Source: Candidatus Nanohaloarchaea archaeon (GTDB taxonomy: Archaea; EX4484-52; GLR71). Taken from it: a DNA stretch of 36,126 nucleotides. The DNA lies in contig WTCB01000041.1 of NCBI GenBank assembly GCA_013138765.1, positions 1 to 36,126 of the forward strand, given 5' to 3'. A program made the translations under genes and the position numbers. Numbering within the stretch: position 1 is the stretch's first letter; the number at the start of each line of letters is the position of its first letter. Under the pieces are notes generated by a model. That model did not search any database. It saw only the letters and a program-made list of their open reading frames with translations, and was not told where the DNA came from. This document shows positions 29,565-36,126 of the stretch, piece after piece.

Positions 29565-30263
29565 TTAATCCACACTCAATATTTTTTCAAGCTCTGAAAT
29601 ATTCTGTATAAAATGCGCAGGATTTCCTTCTTTTTTATCAGAGAGAAGGACTGTACATGCACCAAAACTAGATGGAATCTCAAGATCACGCATCCATGAA
29701 TCACCAACAAAAACCATATCATTAGATTTCAATCCATACTTTTGAGCAACAAGATTATAATAATTTACAGATGGTTTAAGTTCACCAGCAATATCCGAAC
29801 TGATAACATAATCAAAATATTGTTTCCAATCTCCAAAAATTTTATTAAGTTTCATTTCAAGAGGTTGAAGATACTCATCACTTGCAACAATTAAAACAAA
29901 TTTACCTGTTTTTTTCAGCATACTAATTGTCTCAACAGTATTAGATTTTTCAATAAGATTATCTACAACACTTTTCCAAAAAATATCAAGTGACAATTTT
30001 ACCAACGTATCAATCCGGCTTTTATCCACATCCAATTGATTAAGTACCATATCAAGAACAAACTCTCTTTTTCTTCGATTAATATCCTGAGATTTATCCG
30101 ATTTTAAAATATTACATATATGACTACGCCAAACAGTTTTAAGCAAAACCTTATCCAATCCAGTCTCATGCGAAATATAAGAAAACATAAGATCATACGC
30201 TTTTTTTACATCAATATCATACAAAGTATGGTCTGCATCAAAAACAATAGCTTTAACCACCAT
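29565..30263 (-). CDS. HAD-superfamily hydrolase (class IA)
   Basis: FDADHTL, ASD, LKPS and VGDSWMRD. Confidence 0.9.
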   Translation of the reverse strand: MVVKAIVFDADHTLYDIDVKKAYDLMFSYISHETGLDKVLLKTVWRSHICNILKSDKSQDINRRKREFVLDMVLNQLDVDKSRIDTLVKLSLDIFWKSVVDNLIEKSNTVETISMLKKTGKFVLIVASDEYLQPLEMKLNKIFGDWKQYFDYVISSDIAGELKPSVNYYNLVAQKYGLKSNDMVFVGDSWMRDLEIPSSFGACTVLLSDKKEGNPAHFIQNISELEKILSVD

Positions 30264-30265
30264 AT

Positions 30266-31531
30266 TTATTTCCTCTTTTTTACAATATTTTCAAACTTAG
30301 AATAACATACCATATTAGAATCAATATTTTTCATAACAACCGTATTAGGTCCAACTATACACCCCGAACCGATAATCACCCCTGGCATCGTACTTACATG
30401 TATCCCAACTCTTGTATCATGACCAATTATGACACCAAATGAATTCATATTTGTAGATACTTCATAACCCTTAACTTTTGGCTTTATTTCATCCCTATCA
30501 ATACGCACATTACCCGTAATCATACCCGCACCAATTCTACAATTTTCACCAATTATTGTATCACCAAAAAAACCAGAATGAATATGTGCACCTTTCATAA
30601 TTATTGTTCTTGCAACCTCACAATTAGCACCAACAATAGATCTTGCTTCAATCATAGAATTACGGATTAAAGAATTATTCCCCACCACACAATTATCCCC
30701 AATATAACAAGGTCCTTTTATCACAGCATTCTCAAAGATTTTAGTATTTTTACCGATATGAACAAGTCCTTCAATCTTTACAGATTTATCAACCTTTGCA
30801 GATTTTGAAATATGTGATTTCATATTAGAAAACATAATTTCTGATACATTAAATAAATCCCAAGGATATTTCATTGTAGAGGTACCTTTCTCTGTAATTA
30901 CAATTAAACTTTCATTTTCACTCATATAAAGCTTCAAAGCATCCTCAAATGCATATTGATGAACCTTTACACGCCTATAATAATCAAAAAAATCATGTGA
31001 TAAAAAATAGATACCCACAAGCCGTATATCTGATGGTTCCTTACCTTTAGCAGGTTTCTCTATAAGATCAACAACCTTATCTTTAACTTTTGTATCAAGA
31101 ACAACGATTCCATAATTCCACGGTATGTTAGTCTTTTTCCCCAACAAAACATTTCCAGCACCTGTCTTTTTAAATTTACGTTGTATAAGATTAAGTAATT
31201 CTAAAACCTCAAAACTGTTCGCATTAAGAACAAAAAAAGCACTATCAATATATTTCTCAGCCTGTAAGACTGCATCACCCATACCTTTAGCTTCTTTTTG
31301 AACAACATACTTAATGTTGACACCTAAAGAGGAACCATCACCAAGCACAGTCTTTATATTTGATCTAGGACTTTGCACAACAATAATATCAATAATACCT
31401 ACATTTTTAAGATTCTCGACAGTCCTTTCAATAATTGTTTTCCCGAAAATCGACACCATGCATTTATGCATACCATCAGATAAAGGTTTAAATCGTGAAC
31501 AATCACCCGCTGCCAAAAGTACTGCCTGCAT
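30266..31531 (-). CDS. glmU: Bifunctional sugar-1-phosphate nucleotidyltransferase/acetyltransferase (archaeal GlmU-like)
   Basis: LAAGDCSRFKPL...K, QKEAKGMGDA, IEKP and YPWDL, followed by C-terminal hexapeptide left-handed beta-helix repeats; lies near glmS. Confidence 0.85.
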   Translation of the reverse strand: MQAVLLAAGDCSRFKPLSDGMHKCMVSIFGKTIIERTVENLKNVGIIDIIVVQSPRSNIKTVLGDGSSLGVNIKYVVQKEAKGMGDAVLQAEKYIDSAFFVLNANSFEVLELLNLIQRKFKKTGAGNVLLGKKTNIPWNYGIVVLDTKVKDKVVDLIEKPAKGKEPSDIRLVGIYFLSHDFFDYYRRVKVHQYAFEDALKLYMSENESLIVITEKGTSTMKYPWDLFNVSEIMFSNMKSHISKSAKVDKSVKIEGLVHIGKNTKIFENAVIKGPCYIGDNCVVGNNSLIRNSMIEARSIVGANCEVARTIIMKGAHIHSGFFGDTIIGENCRIGAGMITGNVRIDRDEIKPKVKGYEVSTNMNSFGVIIGHDTRVGIHVSTMPGVIIGSGCIVGPNTVVMKNIDSNMVCYSKFENIVKKRK

Positions 31532-31738
31532 CTAATAACACCTACACTTATAATAACCCAATAAATCTTTAAATGTATACTCTAATATTAGTACATCCAA
31601 CATATAACATAAATCCCACATACCAGCAGGAAATACTCACTCTAAATACTATTTAAATTATATCAATTAATACCAATTACACATAATATATCTCTTTATA
31701 TTAATTAACTAAGAACAAATTTAAAAATCAATGTTAAG

Positions 31739-31760
31739 TAATTATAATTAAATTTATAAA
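31739..31760 (+). promoter_or_regulatory. TATA box of the regulator gene (probably leaderless) with adjacent 12-bp palindrome
   Basis: TTTATAAA starts 30 nt before ATG 31783 and no RBS is visible. TAATTATAATTA at 31739-31750. Confidence 0.5.
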
Positions 31761-31782
31761 GCCCCACAATGATACTTAATAT

Positions 31783-32688
31783 ATGTACTATATTTGGAAC
31801 AGCAAAAACAATACAATTACTCCCACAAAAGTAATGAAAGCCCAAAGCGCAGCAAATGTGCTTGGACATCCCATACGCTCAAAGATATTAGAAATGCTTT
31901 CTGAAAGAAACCTTTACCCTATGCAAATTGCAGAAGCTCTCGATATGCACGAACAAAAAATATATTATCATATTAACATACTTAAAAATGAAGGATTCAT
32001 AAATGCAGAAGACATAAAATTACCAGGTGCAGCAAAATTATATTCTCTTAAGAAAACTGCATACTCATTCATCCCAAAATACATTGGTTCAAAACACAAA
32101 GAACTTTCTATCCAAGATTACATAACACCTCCCGAAATACTAAAACCGTTTGTCAACAACGGAAAAATAAATTGTAAGATAATAGTCGGTTCACCAATGC
32201 CCCATGGAAAACTTAATAGAACCGAAAGATGTGGTCATCTCGCAGGAGATATCGCAGTCATGCTTGGAAAATATGGTTCAAATGAAAATAAATTAACTTA
32301 TCTGGACACAGAGATTGAAGATTTAAAAGGTAACCTAATTATTATCTCGGGGTTCTATGTCAACCTAACAGAAGGAAAAATAAATAATTACCTACCTATT
32401 AAACTTAATGAAAGTGGCACAAAAATAATATCAACAATTTCTAAAGATGAATTCACAGAACCTGAAACAGGATTTATCGTAAAAATTAAAAACCCCTTTG
32501 ATAATGGCTCAGAGATTCTTGTTCTTGCAGGCATTGAGATGAATGGTACAAAATCAGCAGTCCACGCATTCACAAAATATTTATCCAGAATCGAAAAAGG
32601 TAACAAAATAGACCGAAAAATAACTGCAAAAATTGTACAAGGTATTGAAAAAAACAATAATGTCGAAGATGTAATGTTTTTAGAATAA
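31783..32688 (+). CDS. ArsR-type HTH transcriptional regulator with C-terminal alpha/beta (S-layer C-terminal-like) domain
   Basis: LGHPIRSKILEML...YPMQIAEALDMHEQKIYYHINILKNEGFI, then IIVGSPMPHG, NLIIISG and KNPFD...ILVLAG...GT. Confidence 0.8.
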   Translation: MYYIWNSKNNTITPTKVMKAQSAANVLGHPIRSKILEMLSERNLYPMQIAEALDMHEQKIYYHINILKNEGFINAEDIKLPGAAKLYSLKKTAYSFIPKYIGSKHKELSIQDYITPPEILKPFVNNGKINCKIIVGSPMPHGKLNRTERCGHLAGDIAVMLGKYGSNENKLTYLDTEIEDLKGNLIIISGFYVNLTEGKINNYLPIKLNESGTKIISTISKDEFTEPETGFIVKIKNPFDNGSEILVLAGIEMNGTKSAVHAFTKYLSRIEKGNKIDRKITAKIVQGIEKNNNVEDVMFLE

Positions 32689-32734
32689 AATAATTAAATA
32701 AATCACCAAACCCCACTTATCAAAAAATAAATTA

Positions 32735-34108
32735 TTAAATATCACTAATTTCATCCTCAACAATTTTCTTATATTTATAAGATAACTCATCTCTAATTTT
32801 TTCATTAACTGCTTCAGACGTAATCCGTATTATTTGTGCAGTATTTGATGCCCGGACAAGAATCCACCCTTCATCAAAATCAACACGAACCCCATCAAGA
32901 ATATTGACCTTATCTTTTTCATACTGCGCACTAAATCTCTTCTTTAATCTATCAATTATTTCAAATTTAATATCATCAGAACAATCAACTGATATTCTTT
33001 TTTTTGAATAGATAGGAAATTCAGAAACAATCTCAGATAATTTCTTTTCACATTTTGACAAAATCTCAGCAATCTTCAAAGGGATAACGATAGTATCATC
33101 AAAAGGAAAATATTCAGGCAACACAAAATGAAAAGCATTCTCTTCACCAAGCAATGCACCGGTCTCTCGTGCCTTTTGCATCATAAAAGTATGACCCACA
33201 GGTATTCTTAACACTTTAACTCCATATTCACCAAGAGTCCGCTCAATAGCCATAGAACACTCCACATTAACAACCATGGTACCTTTTTTTTCAGAAAAGA
33301 TAGATTGTGCAACAACATATGCAATCTGATCTGAATTAAGTATCTGACCTTTATCATCAACAATTCCTGCCCTATCACCATCACCGTCAAAACCTACACC
33401 AAACGCAGCCCCAGTCTCTAAAACCTTATCTTTAAGTTTTTGAAGGTTCTCAGCCTCAACATCCGGACCACGACTAGAAAATAAAGGATCCACATTATCA
33501 AAAATAACAGTAGGATTAATATTATCAACAGACGAAAATGTCTGTGGTGCAGAAAGGCTAGTGCTCCCATTACCGCAATCAACAACAACATCTATATTTT
33601 TTGCAACTGAAAACGCATCAGATAAATATCTGACATAATCATCGCACATGTCAACACTAGATACCAAACCGACATTATCAGGCTGAACAAAATCACCGCG
33701 AGCAACAATCTCACCAAGCTCACGGTTCACATCTTCAAAAAAACCGACACAATCCTTATCATAGAACTTGATACCATTCCACTCAGAAGGATTATGTGAT
33801 GCCGTAATGAATGCAGTGACATCTTTCTTGAGCTTCCAACCAGAAAATAGAGCAACACCAAATGATGTTATGCCCGCATTGACCACATCAAGACCGCCAC
33901 GAGTAGCACCACGGATAAATGCCTCAAGAAGAACTGGACTGGACGACCTAATATCTGCACCTACTAAAATATCAGAACCCATATTCTTTGATTTCATAAG
34001 CGTAGCAAGCGCAAGACCAATTTTTTCCATAATTTCTTCAGTCAAGCTTTGACCATACACACCACGGACATCATAGGCCCGAAATATCGACATATCCATA
34101 ATATCCAC
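32735..34108 (-). CDS. Alpha-D-phosphohexomutase (PMM/PGM; candidate phosphoglucosamine mutase)
   Basis: IFRAYDVRG, TASHNPSEWNGIK, DGDGDR and VRASNT; directly downstream of glmS. Confidence 0.9.
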   Translation of the reverse strand: MDIMDMSIFRAYDVRGVYGQSLTEEIMEKIGLALATLMKSKNMGSDILVGADIRSSSPVLLEAFIRGATRGGLDVVNAGITSFGVALFSGWKLKKDVTAFITASHNPSEWNGIKFYDKDCVGFFEDVNRELGEIVARGDFVQPDNVGLVSSVDMCDDYVRYLSDAFSVAKNIDVVVDCGNGSTSLSAPQTFSSVDNINPTVIFDNVDPLFSSRGPDVEAENLQKLKDKVLETGAAFGVGFDGDGDRAGIVDDKGQILNSDQIAYVVAQSIFSEKKGTMVVNVECSMAIERTLGEYGVKVLRIPVGHTFMMQKARETGALLGEENAFHFVLPEYFPFDDTIVIPLKIAEILSKCEKKLSEIVSEFPIYSKKRISVDCSDDIKFEIIDRLKKRFSAQYEKDKVNILDGVRVDFDEGWILVRASNTAQIIRITSEAVNEKIRDELSYKYKKIVEDEISDI

Positions 34109-34174
34109 AATTTCACCAAAAAATATATACTAATAATAATTTATTCAATAGTTACATAAATAGTTTTCAAAATA

Positions 34175-35962
34175 TCATTTAACAGTCACACTTTTTGCAA
34201 GATTTCGAGGCCTGTCAGGATTGCAGCCACGAAATATCGCAAGATAATAAGAAAGTACCTGTATAGGTATAATATCACATATAGGCGACGCATGACCTAC
34301 ATCTGGCACCTTAATGAAATCATCAAATATTTCATTATCTTTATCAGATACACCAATTATATGAGCACCACGAGACTTAATCTCCATCGCATTGCTCAAA
34401 ATCTCTTTTTTAGTCTCATCATTTGGTGCAAAGACAATGCACGGTGTACCTTTCTCAATAAGTGCGATAGGCCCATGCTTCAATGTACCCCCTGCAAATC
34501 CTTCAGCATGGATATATGACACCTCCTTGATCTTAAGTGCAGCTTCAAGAGCAGTCGGATAACTTTGACCACGACCGATTATATACAGGTGCTCCTTATC
34601 TTTAAGATATGACGCAACTTCAACAGTACTAAGGATTGTCTTTGGATCAGTAAGTTCACCCACATGATTAGCAACACACCTAAGAAGCGCCTTACCTTCA
34701 TCAAGCTTTCCCACAGAAGCATAAGCTAAAAGTGTAAGGATAGAAAGCTGAGAGGTATAGCTCTTAGTTGAAAGGACACAGATCTCAGGACCCGCATTCA
34801 TAAGAAGCGAATGATCAGAATTTCGCATAAGAGATGAACCCATGACATTGACAATAGACAGTATCTTAACCCCCTTCTTTTTCGCAACTTTGACTGCATC
34901 AAGTACATCCGCAGTCTCCCCTGATTGTGATATAGTGATCATGAGCGTCTGCGGAGTCAGAAAATGCTCATAATTTGGAAACTCCGAAGAATCAACAACA
35001 TTGATATGTTTTTTTGCAATCCGTGAAAATGTATAAGATGCTGATAAGGCAGCATGATAAGACGACCCGGAAGCGATAAAAAAAGTCCCATAAGATTCAT
35101 TTATTGCATCAGCGATATCCTGAATTACTTTATCATCCTGATGTATCGCCTTATTTATTGTCTCTTTCTGCTCAGAAATCTCTTTTAACATATAATATTT
35201 AAACTCACCCTTTTTTGCCTGCTCGATATCCCAGTCAATTACCTGTGATTTTTTTGTAATAATCTTGCCAGTCACCGAACAGATAATTTTCATATCACCA
35301 TTAAACACGGCCATCTCTCGATTTTCTAAAAATACAACATTTTTTGTATGTTCAATAAAAGCAGGCACATCACTTGCAATAATATATTCGCCAGCATCCA
35401 CACCAACCCCGATAACGATTGGCGAATCCTTGCGCGCACATATCATCGTATCAAAACCATCATGTATTGCAACTATAGCATAAGTACCTTCAAGAAGAGA
35501 TAATGTCTTACGAAACGCATCTTCAAAAGAGATACCCTTTTTATTCTTCAAAAAATCTTCAATAAGGTACGGTATAACTTCACTATCGGTCTCAGACTTA
35601 AACACATAACCTTTCTTTTTAAGGTTTTTCCTAAGCGCTTGATAATTTTCAATGATACCATTATGGACCACTGCAATCTTACCGTCAGAAGAAAGATGCG
35701 GATGTGAATTTTCTATAGTGACCGTACCATGTGTCGCCCAACGAGTATGGCCAATGCCCATTGTTCCACGATTGATTTTACTTGCATCACCCAAAGAATC
35801 AGCATCGCCAATCATACCAATTTCTTTTATAACAGAAGTTGAAAGATTACCCGATATTGCAACACCCCATGAATCATAACCACGATATTCAAGAATCTTA
35901 AGACTATCAACAATTATAGGGTATGCTTCCCTTTTACCTTTATAACCAACAATCCCACACAT
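34175..35962 (-). CDS. glmS: Glutamine--fructose-6-phosphate transaminase (isomerizing)
   Basis: MCGIVG, LEYRGYDS, GHTRWATHG, HNGIIEN, SQSGETAD, LKHGPIAL and PRNLAKSVT. Confidence 0.98.
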   Translation of the reverse strand: MCGIVGYKGKREAYPIIVDSLKILEYRGYDSWGVAISGNLSTSVIKEIGMIGDADSLGDASKINRGTMGIGHTRWATHGTVTIENSHPHLSSDGKIAVVHNGIIENYQALRKNLKKKGYVFKSETDSEVIPYLIEDFLKNKKGISFEDAFRKTLSLLEGTYAIVAIHDGFDTMICARKDSPIVIGVGVDAGEYIIASDVPAFIEHTKNVVFLENREMAVFNGDMKIICSVTGKIITKKSQVIDWDIEQAKKGEFKYYMLKEISEQKETINKAIHQDDKVIQDIADAINESYGTFFIASGSSYHAALSASYTFSRIAKKHINVVDSSEFPNYEHFLTPQTLMITISQSGETADVLDAVKVAKKKGVKILSIVNVMGSSLMRNSDHSLLMNAGPEICVLSTKSYTSQLSILTLLAYASVGKLDEGKALLRCVANHVGELTDPKTILSTVEVASYLKDKEHLYIIGRGQSYPTALEAALKIKEVSYIHAEGFAGGTLKHGPIALIEKGTPCIVFAPNDETKKEILSNAMEIKSRGAHIIGVSDKDNEIFDDFIKVPDVGHASPICDIIPIQVLSYYLAIFRGCNPDRPRNLAKSVTVK

Positions 35963-35999
35963 AAATTATCAAATCACAGAACATAATGAGAATACAAGC

Positions 36000-36014
36000 T
36001 ATAAAAAGGTTTTT
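36000..36014 (-). promoter_or_regulatory. Putative BRE-TATA of glmS
   Basis: Minus-strand AAAAACC-TTTTTATA about 38 nt upstream of the ATG. Confidence 0.45.
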
Positions 36015-36126
36015 AAGAAGCAATTGTGGACATTACAACTGGTTTTATAATACCCTTTATATACTCAACAAAAGATTTATAAAGAAAAAGACAATATATA
36101 TTCAATAAGTACAACTATTATAAACA

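Noticed and set aside
35963..36126. glmS ribozyme upstream of glmS
   Set aside because: The leader is short and AT-rich with an archaeal TATA close to the start, and no ribozyme core or pairing is visible.

Overview
AT-rich archaeal chromosome segment, most likely DPANN (Aenigmarchaeota/Woesearchaeota-like; inferred from gene content, not verified). It has four blocks. (1) A partial winged-helix gene is translationally coupled to a 2644-aa membrane-anchored surface glycoprotein of about 25 Ig-like repeats, convergent with truA. (2) A minus-strand type IV pilus cluster has one ATPase, two PilC/TadC platform proteins, six class III signal-peptide proteins, two Cys-rich secreted proteins and two conserved-looking hypotheticals, followed by the thermosome gene. 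(3) An accessory block holds an intact IS1634-family element inserted between two copies of a 54-bp TATA-containing repeat, REP/MITE-like double hairpins, and an unknown-SDR-HAD IIB gene trio. (4) A hexosamine/UDP-GlcNAc cluster contains glmS, two phosphohexomutases, glmU-like, a HAD hydrolase and an embedded ArsR-type regulator. The best candidates for novelty are a six-cysteine C-terminal module (C-x8-C-x14/15-CC-x5-CC) shared by two adjacent pilus-locus proteins, an apparent ~810-aa nine-domain insertion nested inside one domain of the giant protein, a triple NAH-repeat secreted protein, and the unknown-SDR-HAD trio. No tRNA, rRNA or CRISPR array was seen.
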